Part shown: positions 35,911-52,720 of the stretch, one piece after another
Position numbering within the stretch: position 1 is the first letter of the stretch
Layout: the number at the start of each line of letters is the position of its first letter
DNA from: the human T2T-CHM13v2.0 reference genome, Homo sapiens
Length of the DNA stretch: 64,000 nt
NCBI RefSeq assembly: GCF_009914755.1
Contig: NC_060947.1
Strand: one strand, 5' to 3'
The notes under the pieces: model-generated
The model's database searches: none
Seen by the model: the letters and a program-made list of their open reading frames with translations, nothing else
What the model was told of the DNA's origin: nothing
Program-made: the position numbers and the translations under genes

Positions 35911-38900
35911 AGGTCCACAGGCCAATTCAACTGGGAGTTGAAGTGTGAATGAGGGTGAGGAGGAGCCAGTGGGCTTTCGGAGGCTCGGGCATCGTGGTCG
36001 GTGACTCCAAAGGAGAAGGGCTTTGAGGTCACCATCCTTTTCATGCCGCCTGGCGACTATGGGCCTTCTTGTCTTGTTGGAGTCTGAACAAAGGGAGAAG
36101 GAGGGCCTCAGAGTGGGTTGGGGGGTGGTGTAGGTGAAGCCAGGGTGATACTGGGGTGCTGTTGGTGGTATCCGAGTTCCAGAAACGCCTGAAAACCCCA
36201 ACAGAGGACAGATTCCAGACTCCTCAAGGGGGATCAGGGCTGGGACGGCTTGGGCGGTAAGGAAGGGGCCTGGAAAGTGGGAACTCTTCGGGGTGGTGAC
36301 CTTGGCTACAAGGTGTGTATAGTGCCCTGCAGAGGTGCCCAACCAGTGAGGACCACCCAGCGCTGTGTGGCAACTTCTCAACTCCATCTTGGAAGTTCCA
36401 ATGGGTGGGGCTCTGCGTTCCAACAAAACTTGATTTTCAGGGGGAAATGGGCCTAGCAACTGGGTGTGTGACAAAAGCCATGGTCAGTTTAATTTTAATT
36501 CTCAAGGTGTATTTTCCTAAATGCGTCATGATGGAGAGTCCAGCTGTGAAACTAAACCTCATCGGAAATACCATGTGTCTTGCCATGAGCATTAAGACAT
36601 TGCTCAGCTAGCTTGATCAAATTAAGTGGCTGTGCAAGCATTCGATTCAGAAGGCATGCACATTGATACATGCCCTGTGTCATACTTTTCAATATATTAC
36701 CAACTTTTTAAAAAATAACAAGTTAACATTTAGCCATGGAAATGCTCAAATATAGTATCCTCTTACATGCATTTTCCCACAGTATTCTGTTTGCAGAGTG
36801 AAATATGAGTTGGCGAGGAAGATTAACATGTAGATCAAGACAATATTTACAGCCTGTTCAGCCGATTGGGCCTCTGCTTGTGAATGTCTTACCATTCGAT
36901 GTTTTCTATTTGCAGAAAGTTATTTTTCTGATAGTGTTGTTGGACTCGTATAGATACACTGATAAAGGCCTCCCATGTTGATAAAAAATGATTGTGGCAT
37001 CTCATGAAGGAAAGACTAACCCAAGAAGACTAAGTACTGGTTTTGCGTGGATTTTGCTGATGATTCCTTCCTCATGCTTATCCATAGCACATTACATACA
37101 TTCAATCCAAGGTAAATTAAAATGGCTTCCAAAGCCATTGAGGATAACTGCCTTAGAGTAACCTCTCTATGGGAAGAGTAACTTTATGAAGAATAAGTAT
37201 GTGGAATAGTGTGGGGATAGTGTTGGAGCATGTCTTTCGACATGCTTATGATCAGAAGTACCTATGTAATCTGTATATTCATATTATTGACATGTATTGA
37301 TAAAACTTTGCACACACACAGACACACACACACACACACCTCGTCCCAGGAGCCCAGTGTGCCAGAGCCTTAACAAGAGGAACCACAAGCTGAAAGTCAG
37401 AATGGTACACCTGGTCAGAAGACAGAAGAAGATCAGGGTGCAGCTGAGATTCGAGGTGGTGGGAAGGGAAAGAAAGAATGTCTATGGGGGGAAGGAGGCC
37501 TGTATGTGCATCATGCCCTATGCCATGACCAGTAACAGGAGGAAAGAAAACATTAGGAAAGGATCTAAAACATTTGCTGAGAGTTGGCTGGAAACGTGAC
37601 AGGCATAGTTTGCAGCTTCTTGCAGTCCCTGGATATGATGATTCTTCTCTTTTTCTTCGAGATGCATTTTGTAGGCTTGAAAATACAGTTCTTCCTAAAT
37701 CAGATGAAACTGTTTAATTGGTTGTATAAAAATGTACATTATTTCACTCATTTAATTTGATCTTCTTAGGATGTTGCAGTGTGACCTCCTCAGCCATGCT
37801 GTCCACAGTGTTGTAAGCACCCTTTAATAACATGTGGAGTGTCAAGTCACCCTACCTTTTAACATCCTGAATAAAGACCATTTGCAAAGGGATGTTAGCC
37901 CCATTTTATCAATAAGAAACCTGAGACTTGGAGATAGAGGTTTTCCAAGACCACTTGACTCATGGAGAAGGAATTCATATTTTGTTCCAAGGTTTGCATT
38001 CTTTCTACCATCTATGTTGTTAGAAAATATGAATGATTTTGCTTACGAATGTTTAATACTCGGATGTCTCTGTACTATAAGATACTTCAATATTGGCTCA
38101 GGACAAAACACAGTTCAGTGAAGCAGGATAGCAACCCCAGAAAAGAGCTCAGTGAATGAAAGCCACTGTTGCGTTTTCCTCTGTATTTTTGACAGTATGT
38201 TTGGTAAAAGCTGGCTAATTCAGGACACTAGCATACAGGTAGCTATATTAGTAGGATTTTGAAAGGGCTTTTAAAAGTTGTTTAAATACTTTTGTAATTA
38301 GAAACCCCAAAGTACGATAAGATTATCATGAAACAGAAATAATTTCCTCAATGGATAACATTTTAAAACTAAACATAGACCGAATTTGGGCCATGTATTA
38401 TTTTAGCAATTCACTGTTGAGGGATTTCCAGAATATGAGTCAACAATGCCCATTAATTTCTTTGCACTTCAGTTCCAGTACTCTCACTGGAAGACAGTGA
38501 TTTTGCTATTATATTCTGTACTGTTTCTTAATGGCAATCATGTATGGAAAGTCACATAGAGGGCCTTTGGACCTAAGCATCGCTTTAATTAAGTTTAACT
38601 CCAACATTTTCAAGGTACCTCAACACGGGAGGAGTGTCAGGAGTGTAAGATTTGTCATAGGGCCACCAATACATTGATCTAATTCTTCAGAAAATTACAT
38701 TTAAGGTATGATTTAATTGCTTTCCATGGGGCAGTCTTCAGAATTCCCAGATAGCAGATACTCACTGTTTATAATACACAAGGTTAAAGTATAGGAAACA
38801 GAGGTGTGGTGTGATTTATCCTCAGATTGTCATTTAAGATAAGGTATCATAATACAGGAAAACAAAGGCGTGGCATCTTTGCATCACATTTATAACCACA

Positions 38901-41105
38901 GTTGCCTACAGGCTTTTATTGCGTAACACTGAGGAAAAGAATATTATCATTTCCTTAGTTATCTCCTTTGCCTGCTTTAATTAATAACCTTTGTGTTTTT
39001 CAGCGCCTGACCTGGCAGCTGATTTCCAGGAGCTGTCTCAGTCAAAGACTGGGGTAAAGGCAGAGATGGTCCTGATGTCCAGGGGAAGATTCTGCCAAAA
39101 TCAGAGCAATTTAAAATCTCATAAGGAGGTATGTTATCCATTAAGATTCAGAATTATATGCTTTCTGTTTTCCATAAAATTATATTTTTGATAATAAAAA
39201 GAGAGAACATCACTGCCTCTTTAAACAGAGTTCAAATGCAGACCTTTCTTGGAAGGTAGTTCAGACCCAACATGCCTGACTGCAAGACTGAAACACTATC
39301 AGATACAGAAACAAACAGGCTCAAAGCCATATTGAATCATCAAATAGGAAAGCATTTTCTTACTTCTGAGTATATCCAACAGCTAACAATTTTCATATTA
39401 TTTTCTAATTTCTGCTTTTCATGAATGCATAATACATTTGTAATGCCATCTTATATGAAATATGCTGATCCCTGAAGGAGATCCTAGTACCAGCTCTAAC
39501 ATAATTTGTGAGATTCTGGACAAATCACATAAATCCTACACCCATTTTTGCTTTTATTGAAAGTAGTGAATGCACATCAGATAGACTAAAATCCATTTCA
39601 ATGCTGATTTCTGCATGCTCTGGTTCTGTTGGAGAGAAAACAAAGATACTCTGATTTTCATGATTTGTTTTTCGTAACAATCATCTTCAGTTCAATTGTA
39701 ATATCTGAGTTGAGATTTCATTGCTCCTAAGAAAATGAGTGGGGACTCTGCTTGATCTTTGTTTTTGTGAATGGAGACTTTCATGAGTGTTCTTGGATTT
39801 TGTCAGATTCTGAATTCTCAGGCTCTTAAACAATGATTGCATTTTAAATCTTTCCCGCAGTGAAGGCTCGAATGACTGAATAATAACATGGCAAGAGACA
39901 GTCAGGTTTCTGTGGCCGATAAGTAGGGAGCATGCATGTAGGTCAGTGATGCTCAAGGTGGGTGTAAGATGCCTGTGCTAAGCATGATCCCTGCCCTCCA
40001 GTCCCTTCATGAGCTACTGTGTGTAATTAGATTGAAGACACATATGATAGGATCACCTCTAACCATGGTTTCTGCCTTCAGTCATCAGATGATACGATGT
40101 AAAGTTCAAAGACTGTAATGTACCAATTCCTGTGTAGTAGACATAAATCTCTTTTACACACATTTTCAAAATTGCTGACTTAATTAGAAGAACTTCTGAA
40201 TTTAAAGGAAGCATTGCATGTTCAAGGGAGAAATTACCTAAATGTTTTTACTCTACACTGCAGAACCCTTCCATTCGACTATTTATATTAAAAGATAGTT
40301 TTTCAGATGATTTTCAGGAGCCTATTGAAAAGGCATCAGTTGAATTCTTCAGAGAGTCATAGCCTTAAATGCACATCTTATTAAAATAGATAGCAAATTA
40401 CACGATACAAGAAAATAATACCAAGAAATAAAAAAATTATAAAAGAGTCACAGAATGAACTTAAGGAAGAAGGAAGCAGGCAGTAAATAAAAGGTACAAA
40501 TCATTAACAAAAGGAAAACTAATCTAAAATTAATAAATTTAATAGATTGTTCTTTTGAGAAATAGCTGTGAAGAGAGCATCTAGTAGTTTACACAATCTT
40601 GAAGAAAATGGATAAAGCACAGCACGGAATATGAGCAAGACACAGATATTGAGTGTAGGGCATAATTGAAAGTGAATACACTCTTGAATACTAATATTTT
40701 CAGAGTATGGATGAAATATTTGGCATGCTAGGAATGCCTACATTATTCAATCTATCCTTTTAATACCTGAATATCTGAACATCACAAAGACTCTGTATGA
40801 GCTTGTGAAATTTGGCAGTTGTCCCTCACAACAATTACTTTTAGAAGCAAATATTTAGCTTTCCCAGTTGTCTTTCTCTCCTTTTTCATTTCCCTCTCCA
40901 TTTCTTTTTTTTGCCACACTGTTTACGATGCGTACCTCTTTCATAGTGTAATATCAATAATGACAGTGACAGCTTAAAACTTGTATGACCATTTAATTAA
41001 TTATACAAAGAGGAATACTTTCTGGTGAAAAAACTATCATTATTCATATTAACATGAGGTCTGCAGGTGAAAACTAGATGCAAATGGTTACTGTATGTTA
41101 AAACA

Positions 41106-41153
<48 letters not shown>

Positions 41154-41850
41154 TAAACTAGCCCAAAGCAATATTTTTACACTTCTGCATAATAGAGAAA
41201 AAACAAATGCAATACTGGCCTTTCTATTCATTTCACTTATGTATTTCCTAATGTAACATTAACTATTTTCTCAAAACATAGTTTTCTGACTATTTGCAGG
41301 AGCCCATTGGATATCCAGACCATAGTTTCAAGCCAAAACATTAAATTATACATTTTTCACAAATTCCTTCTGTTTCTTAGGTTTTTTGTGTTCTGGTTTT
41401 ATTTTGAGTAAAACCCTACACAATGTTTACTATCTAATTTAACCTCTTTTAATAGGTTCACTGGATTTAATGTATTCTGACCTCGGACTGTCTTTTGGTT
41501 TCCTTCTAGCACCAAAAGCAGGTTGTGTTTAAAACATGTTGCTAATGTATATGCTTGGAAGTCTATCTTCAAAGTCTCTACAGAGATCTAGTTGAATGCT
41601 AGCCATAGGGTGACTTTTAGGCTTCTGGTTTTAGTCCACTGTATAAAACTAAAACTTTGGTGTCCTTTGTATACCTTTCATTTCATCTGAATACAGTTCT
41701 GCTAGTAATGTTCCCTCCTGTTATATTTTTGTTGCAGGTAAAGGGCAACCACAGGTTTAAACGAAAACAAGCTGAAAGAATGCAAGCTGAATTTTTCTGA
41801 GATATTTGGCTTTAAAAAAATCTCAATAAAGCTTCACAGCTTTCTCCAAA
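35830..41850 (+). pseudogene. XAGE: XAGE-family pseudogene (copy 3, XAGE5-like), all five exons present
   Basis: Exon 1 ends 35908. Exon 2 36797-36879 (ATG 36805, MSWRGRLTCRSRQYLQPVQPIGPLL). Exon 3 37350-37455 (EPSVPEP*QEEPQAESQNGTPGQKTEEDQGAAEIR, TAA 37371-37373). Exon 4 39004-39128 (APDLAADFQELSQSKTG, 1-nt deletion). Exon 5 from 41738 (GKGQPQV*), AATAAA 41825-41830. All introns GT-AG. Confidence 0.94.
41104..41149. repeat. (CA)n(GA)n microsatellite
   Basis: Seen directly; not expanded in the paralogue near 2655. Confidence 0.95.
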
Positions 41851-41908
41851 GAAGTCTTGCACATCTTTTGTTCATTTATTCTCACATATTAGACGCTAAT
41901 GAAAATTG

Positions 41909-42205
41909 TGGCTGGGTGCAGTGGCTCACACCTGTAATCCCAGCCCTTTGGGAAGCTGAGGCAGCAGGATTGCTTGAGCTTGGGAGACTGAGATGTGCCT
42001 GGGCAACATGGGAAAATACCCTCTCTGCAAAAATAAATGAATGAATGCATGAATGTATTCATGTATGGATGTAGCTGTAGTCCCAGCTACTCTGGAGGCT
42101 GAGGTGGGAGGATCCCTGGAGCCCAGCAGGTCGAGGATGCAGGTAGTCACGTTCATGCCACTACAACTCCAGCCTGGGTGACTGAGACTCTGTTTGAATA
42201 AAAAA
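41909..42205 (+). mobile_element. Alu (AluJ-like)
   Basis: ggctgggtgcagtggctcacacctgtaatcccagc... with a TGAA-repeat linker. Confidence 0.92.
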
Positions 42206-42254
42206 TAGTACAATTTTTCAAACTTTGCATTCTCATTGATCTGGTATCCACAGG

Positions 42255-42655
42255 TGTGGTATTGTGAAATATATATTTGGTCCCACACCCCACTTACTGA
42301 TATACAACTCCTACAATATTTAGAATCTCCACATAGTGATGCCAGTGAGTTGCCTGAAGGCTAGCAGTTCCTAGGTAGCTCTAGGATGGGGGATTAGAGC
42401 ATTGGGACTTTCAGCCCCATCCCCAACATTCAGGGCAGGGAGAGGGGCTGAAGGTTAAGTTGATTGCCAATGGTTGGCCAACGGGTTAATCAATTATGCC
42501 TATATAATGAAAACCTCCGTCAAAACCCAAAGTATAGGGTTCAGAGAGCTTTAGGCTAGCTGAACACATGGAGGGTAGCATGCCCATAGAGGGCATGGAA
42601 GCTCCCTTCCCCTTCCTTCATTCCTTCCCCTATGTAGGTCTTTATATGCACCCTT
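42255..42655 (+). mobile_element. MER21-type LTR fragment
   Basis: gggactttcagccc...gaggggctgaaggttaagttgat...ttaatcaat...gagggcatggaagctcc; duplicated at 45460-45870. Confidence 0.75.
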
Positions 42656-42659
42656 TGTT

Positions 42660-45362
42660 AGGGTATCCTATTTGCCACAAAATATGTGAGCATTCCCTAG
42701 GCCATATAGCTGGATGAAAGAATTAGGGCCTAGGTAGAAGAAAGGGGAAAGCAACTAGGGCAACTTCCTGAAGCAAAATTACTTCGGTCCTACCTACACT
42801 GTCTCTTATAAGTTATGATAGCCATGGGTTTCTATCCTGCTTCTCACACACTGGCCTTGACATGGTGGGCAAGACACATCCTGTGGGACTGTTTACCCAT
42901 TTCTGAAGTTGAAATTACAATATTTACACTAAACAGTTGCTATGAAGAATAAATGAAATAACATAGGAAGCAGGTATTACATAGCACATAAATTTATTAG
43001 TTATATTTCCTTAATCCCTTTAAAATTTTAAATAATGTTCTTTCATTTTGCATTATAATTACATCTCTAGTATGTTACCGATGCTTTGGAATTTCAAGTA
43101 GGAATATCAATCTACCTTCTTAAATGCATTTGACTTCACAAGCATATTTTATTTAAATATGTAAATAAAATAGCAATGTAGCTGGTATCAGACATGACAT
43201 TGATTCTGAAGCTGATTTGTAAATAACTGAGGTGTGACAAGGCCAACCCTATGGCAGCAGTTTGGGCCAAAAAATTTCTTTGTTGTGTGTGATGCCATGA
43301 AGAATAAGTCAATATTCTGGTCAGGTAACACCACATAACTCAAAACAATAGTGTGTCAGTTGCTCAAGCAGTCCCTAAGCAGCCCTGTGGTGGCTAATGG
43401 GGCCACAAGGATCACCAGTGCAGTTGCTTTTGGCTTGTCATATATTCATAGATTTGCTGGGTAAAAAGACAATGAACTCAAATTGATCCAAGTGGTTGAA
43501 CACTTGCAGACGCAGCTAATGCAGATCGACACTGTCTCAGCACTGTGTCCCTAGCCCCGCAATACCACACTGAATCAGAGATACTCAGTGATAGCATAGA
43601 TGTTGGGTCTCTCTGCCTGGGAGTAGCCCACAGTCATACCCTAAGGCCAAATTGGAAACCACACTGAATCCTGAACCCAAGATCACCCCTGACAGAACTG
43701 CGACTATGGGACAGCAGGGGTGACCCAGCTCCCAAACATCCCACACAGAACACTTAGTGATGTCATCCACGCTTGTGAAGAGGAGAAACTGGTGTCAATG
43801 AGTACCCTGAACTTACTGCCTTCTAACAGTTTGCCTAAATCAAAGACCCAAATGAATTGTTTGGACTGGAAGAGGAACCCTAAAGGGAAAGGTCCCTCAG
43901 TGGGAGGCCACACTGGAGGCCTTGGCCAGCTCCTGCCTGATGAATGTATGACCTGCTGGGGGTGCCCTAACAAGAGTAGATTCTTGGTGCCCAGGAGTAC
44001 CACCTATGCCCTCTGGGATTGTTTTTACGTGTGTGCACTCACTATCCATCACTGCCTTATCCCTGGAAGGCATTCACATCAGCTTCATCTTCCTGGCCAG
44101 AGTTGTGCTGAGCCTGAAATGGTGGCTCACGCTGGACAAAAATGGTTAACACAGAATCTTAGGAAGGAGGTCCCCTGCCTTTCTAAGATAGACCTTCATC
44201 ATTAATAGGATTTGTATAAGACGGCTATTATGGGAAATCTGATGTGTCAACTGTGTTATGCCATAAAGCACAAAAAATGTTCACTTTGACCATGGTAGAT
44301 GTCTCTGTGAAAAGTTTTCTCCACATAAGAACTAACATGTACATTGGCAGACTTTGGGTATACCTAATTGCCCTCTATAATGTCGGTGGGCCTCATCCAG
44401 TCACTTGAAGGCCTTCAGAGAAAAAGACTGGGGTCCTTTCAAGATGAAGAATTTCTGCCTCCACACTGCTCTTGGATTTGAGCTCTCATATCAGCTCTTC
44501 CCCAGGTCTGCAGCCTGACATCCTGCTCTGCAAGATTTGGACTTGCCAGCCCACATAGTTGCATGACCCAGTACCTCAAAATCAATGTCTCTCCTCAAAA
44601 TCAATGTCTCTCTCTCTGTCTGTCTCTCTACACGCATGCAAACACACACACACACACTCACATGAACACAGAGTAACTCTAACCAATAGGCTGCTTACAT
44701 CTGGGACCCTTAAGGGGCATAACTGAGATCACTACTGCAGGTTGGTCTCACTCTGCTGCATGGCTCCTAAGGCAGAGGCCTGTGGCATTCCCCTCACATC
44801 CTCTGCAGACTGACATCCAAATGGCTTATCACTGTGAGTCTGGGTTTGGTTATCCAACCATGTAGAGATCACTACAATTCCACAGGTGTTCCCTGCCCTC
44901 CTTCTGCCTGTGAGTTCTTCTGTTCTATCCTGAGGACACACAGATCTACTGGGTATGTTTCCAAACTTCCAGGAAGGACCTGGGAGCCTGGTGAGGGAGA
45001 TACACCTGCGAAGGGAACTTCAGTGCAGTAACAGCAATGGGCATAACCGGTGTGTTCACCAAATCACGAGAGATCACACTACCAACATCGCCCACTTGAT
45101 TTTCCCCATCAACTAACAGCTTATCTTGGAAACGATAGTTTTGGTAGCTAAGTTAGACTCCCCTTATTCTGTTTTCCACAGGAATCCACAGATTCAAAGC
45201 AAACTGATACTGAAATGTTGTGTCAAATTGGAATGCAAGAATGGAATGCCCTGTAGTGGTATGATTTCTGAAGCAGTCAATAAGTCTTTATAAGTTCCCA
45301 GATGAAGCAACATACAAGCATTCCTCAGTTTACAGGGAGTGACATGTTTGGAAAATCCAGTT
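42660..45362. repeat. Low-copy unit, inverted copy D (contains MLT2 LTR 44228-44690)
   Basis: Reverse complement of about 9000-11680. Confidence 0.88.
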
Positions 45363-45429
45363 ACAAGCTTAATTTTTTTTTAACTATAGACTCCATTTTT
45401 TAAAAAATTTAGTATAATTTTCGAAATTT

Positions 45430-46890
45430 TGTATTCTGACTCAGCTGGTATGCACAGTTATGATATTATGAAATACATATTTGGTCCTAGACCATGCTTC
45501 CTGGTATAGAACTCCTACAATTTTTAGGATCTCTACGAAGTGGTGTCTTTTTGTATGCTAGTGAGTTGACTGATGGCTGGCAGCACCTAAGTAGCTCTAG
45601 GCTGGGGAATAAGAGGGTTGGGACTTTCAGCCTCACCCCCAAACATCAGGGAAGGGAGAGGGGCTGAAGGTTAAGTTGACCACCTGTGGCGGGCCAACGG
45701 TTTAATCAATCACGCCTACAAAATGAAAACCTCCATGAAAACCCAAAAGGACAGGATTCAGAGAGGCTCCAGCCTAGATGAACACATGGAAGGAAGCATA
45801 CCTGTAGAGGGCATGGAAGCTCCCTGCCCCTTTCCCCAGACCTCACCCTATGTGTCTCCTTATCTGCTTCCTTTCTTAGGGTATCCCATTTGCCACAAAA
45901 CATGTAAGAAGTCCCTAAGCTACAGAACTGGATGAAAGAATTAGGGCCTAGGTAGAAGAAAGGGGCAAGCAACCAGGGCAACTTGCTGAAGCAAGATGAC
46001 TTGGGTCCTACCTACACTCTCTCTTTACAGGTTATGGCATGAAATAGTCATGGGTTTCCATCCTGCCTCTCACATACTGGCCTTGAGATGGTGGGCAATA
46101 TGCTTACATCCTTTGGGACTGTTTCCCTTCTTCCAAAGTAGAAATTACAATATTTACACTAAATACTTGCTATGAAGAATGAAGGAAATAACATACCAAG
46201 TAGGCATTACATTGCAGATAAATTTGGATTACTACTTAGATTTCCTTTTTCCCTTTAGATTTCAAACATTTTCATTTCATTTTTCCTTATAACTGCATCT
46301 CTAGTATGTGATAAGTGCTTTTGAATTTCAATTTGGAATGTCAAGTTACTTTTAATCTGCATTTGACTTCAGAAAATTATTTGATTTAAATAAACGTATT
46401 AGTGAAATAGCAGTGTAGCTGGTGTCAGACATGTTATTGATTCTGAAGTTGATTGGAAAATAACCGAGGTGTGATAAAGCCAACCCCAAGTCAGTACTAT
46501 GTACCGAAAACCTGTTTGCTATGTGTGATGCCAAGAAGAATAAGTCAATATTCTGGCCATTCAGCACCACACAACTCAATACAGTAGTGTGTCAAGTGCT
46601 CAAGCCATCCGTAAGCAGCCCTGTCGTGGCTAACAGGGCCACAAGGATCACCACTGCAGTTATTAGTTTACCTTGTCACATATTCATAGATTTGGCCAAT
46701 AAGGAGATCATGAGCCCAAATGGATCCAAGTGGTTGATTGCTTGCAGACACAGCAAAAGCAAGATCAGCATTGCTTTGGCACCATGTTCCTAGTCCCATA
46801 GAATGACAGTGAATTGGGGGTTCTCAGTGACAGCAAAGATGGTTGGTCTCTCCACCTGTGAGGAGCCCACAGCCGTACCTTAAGGCAGTG
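45430..46890. repeat. Tandem duplicate of 42225-43650 (MER21 + part of low-copy unit, copy E)
   Basis: Shared strings such as ctggatgaaagaattagggcctaggtagaagaaagggg and gaagaataagtcaatattctgg. Confidence 0.88.
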
Positions 46891-47534
46891 GGCACTTTTA
46901 TACTCCATAACTGTACCCTAAGATGAGGAAAGGTCTGTGCTTACCTGAAACTAGGGAGATGGATGAAGAATGGCCTTGTTTCAGCCTCCAACCAGATAGG
47001 GAACTGGTGAGAAATAACCTGTAGCAGTTCCCCCACCATGCTTCCTATCTCCCCTTGCTCCAAGGGCATTCAATGTATTCTGCCAAGACTCAGGTTAGAC
47101 TGGAATCTAGTTTTGCATATGTGCCCTATGTGGTGACCTGTTAGAGCTCCAGGGCACCGTGGCAGATGCATTACCCTAGAGTGTCCAGCACAAAATCAAG
47201 GATCATATGTAAGGTGCCTGGAAACATATCATCTACAATAATGTCTCCTAAACAGAGGCGATGCTTTTCTGTTAGGATCATTACAGAAGATAGATTATTC
47301 AATTCAGTAGACATGCACTGATGGCCTGCCATGTTACAGGAAATATCTGGGGTGCTGGAAATTGGAAGACCAACCAACAACACGTGGTACTTTCCGTGGG
47401 GGCTATCACACTGTGGTGGGGTGGAGAGATCCTTAAACAGAAGAGCAGCTGAAGTGCAAAGGAGAAACACAGGGAAGGGAGCCATGGGAATAAAAAACAA
47501 TGAATGTAGTGGCCAAAGGGAAGGAAGAATACAT

Positions 47535-47817
47535 CCTTAAGGTATGTGCCTTCTATGCCGATTTTGCTGAGGGATTTAATCATAAAGCGATGCCGGATTT
47601 TGTCAAATGCACTTTCTGCATCTGTTGAGATGATCATGTGACTTTTGTTTCTAATTCTGTTTATGTGGTGTATCACATTTATTGACTTACGTATGTTAAA
47701 CCATCCCTGCATTCCCGGTATGAAACCCACTTGATCATAGTGGATTGTTTTTTTGATATGCTGTTGGATTCAGTTTCCTAGTATTTTATTGAGGATTTTT
47801 GCATCTATGTTCATCAC
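47535..47817 (-). mobile_element. L1 ORF2 (RT region) fragment
   Basis: [24 protein letters not shown]...[15 protein letters not shown]. Confidence 0.92.
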
Positions 47818-47959
47818 GTAACATAAACCTATAATGTTTAATCAATTCTCCAAAGGAAAGAATAAAGAGATAAGCCAAGGAATACATGAAAACTGACAGA
47901 GAGAAGCAAGTACAACAAAATAGAGTAATGTAAATCCAGAAAGACAACTAAAGTACAAT

Positions 47960-48384
47960 GGCATCCCCCAAATAAACACATAGACCGAGGGAAAAAAATG
48001 CAGAGCCCAGAAATAAATCCATGCACTTATAATCAAATGAATTTGACAAAGGTGTCAAGCACACACAGTGAGGGACGGACAGCCTTCAATAAATGGTAAT
48101 GGCAAAATGGTATATCCACATGCAGAGGAATGAAATTCAACCCTCATCTCTCACCATATAAAAAAGTCAACTTAAAGTAAATTAAAACCTTATAATGTAA
48201 GACCCGAATCTATGAAATTACTAGAAGAAAACATAGGGAAGAAGCTCCATGACATTGGTCTGGGCAATGATTTTTTTGGGATATGATTCTAAAAGCACAG
48301 GGAACAACAACAAAAGTAAACAAATAAAATTATCTCAAACTCAAAAACTTCTGCACAGCAAAATAAACAATCAACAGTGTGCAA

Positions 48385-48385
<1 letters not shown>
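47960..48385 (+). mobile_element. L1M ORF2 3' fragment
   Basis: cagagcccagaaataaatcca...ctagaagaaaacataggg...aacttctgcacagcaaa. Confidence 0.87.
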
Positions 48386-51058
<2,673 letters not shown>

Positions 51059-51761
51059 TGACTCTCAGTCCATTCTGGAAGGTGGGAAGAGAGCCAGCCA
51101 GCAGCATTAAAGCCCTACTGTGTGGCAGGGAAGAAGCTAGGGAAAGTCCCTCATTTTCTGTCAGTTAGCCATGGCATCAACCAGGACAGATTATCATTCC
51201 CACTTCCCAGATCCAGCACACAGGAAGCGGCTCCAGCTGAATGGCAGAGATGCCTAGCTGAGTACTGCCAGAATTCCCTTTTTATCTTTTCCTAGGCCTT
51301 CAATGATACTGCCAAATACTTCTCTGAGAAAGAATGGGAAAAGATGAAAGCCTCAGAGAAAATCATCCATGTGTATATGAAGAGAAAGTATGAGGCCATG
51401 ACTAAACAGGGTAACTGAAAGTTCTAGGTACAGACAAGTCTGGGGACACATGAGCATCCCTTTTCCTGCTTTGGCTACTTCTTAGGCTGCAGAAAGTACC
51501 CCACATTTTCCTTTTGTGCAGGGAAAAATCGCAAGGCAGCTTCTGGGTGCTCTGCTCTTCTGTATTCTGTCAGGGCTGAGGGCAGGGACTGGCCACAGTG
51601 GAGCTCATACCTGGATCCTGCACGTTTCTCTCCCTTAGGAGTCTGTTGTGATGAGCCCAACTGTCTCTGTGGCATCCCAGGCCTCCCCCACCCCGCCACC
51701 GCCCCCAACACACCCACCCTACCTTCCTTCTCTCGGCTTGTCTCTCTCTCTCTCTCTCTGT

Positions 51762-51926
51762 CTTTTTTTTTTTTTTTTTGAGTCTGAGTCTCACTCTGTC
51801 ACCTAGGATAGAGTACAGTAGTGCAATCATAGCTCACTACAGCCTTGAATTCATGGCCTCAAGCAATCCTCCAGCCTTAGCCTCCCAAAGTGCTGGTACT
51901 ACAGACATGAGCCACCATGGCAGGCC
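51762..51926 (-). mobile_element. Alu monomer (FLAM/FRAM-like) in SSX intron 3
   Basis: Poly-T followed by a single Alu arm; paralogue at 63489-63640 (+). Confidence 0.8.
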
Positions 51927-52415
51927 TAAGCGTGTCTCTTAAGGAATAAATATTTTGCTTCTTACTAGGTTTCACGGCTACCATCCCAACTTTCATGGAT
52001 GACAAAGGGGCCGCAGACTGCCAGGGGAATGATTTTGATAATGACCATAACTGCGGGAATCAGGGTGAGTAGATGGGAAGGGGCTGGAAAGGGTCTCCTC
52101 AAGCCCAACTGCTTTTCAGCTCAGCTACCTGGGAAAGAGCCTCAGGCATTTGTTCCCTCATACACATCAGGGCTGAGTGAAAAAAAAATTGCATGCAGAA
52201 AGTTAACTACAGAGGCCATTCATATAAAATTTTAAAACATGCAAAACAAGAATATATATTTTTATGGATAATAAGTAAATGGTAAATGTATACAAACATG
52301 AATGTGAATAAAAAGCCATCAAATTAAGGTGACTGGCTGTAAGTGGAGGAGGGAGGGAGAGCAGGGATTGCTGAGTGCTGCACACACAGCTTCAGCTGTG
52401 ACTTGTCGATAGTGT

Positions 52416-52720
<305 letters not shown>

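Noticed and set aside
35668-36474. 268-aa - strand Pro/Ser-rich ORF
   Set aside because: Antisense to the GC-rich XAGE promoter and intron 1; not preserved as one frame in the paralogue at 15.3-16.1 kb; no recognisable motif.
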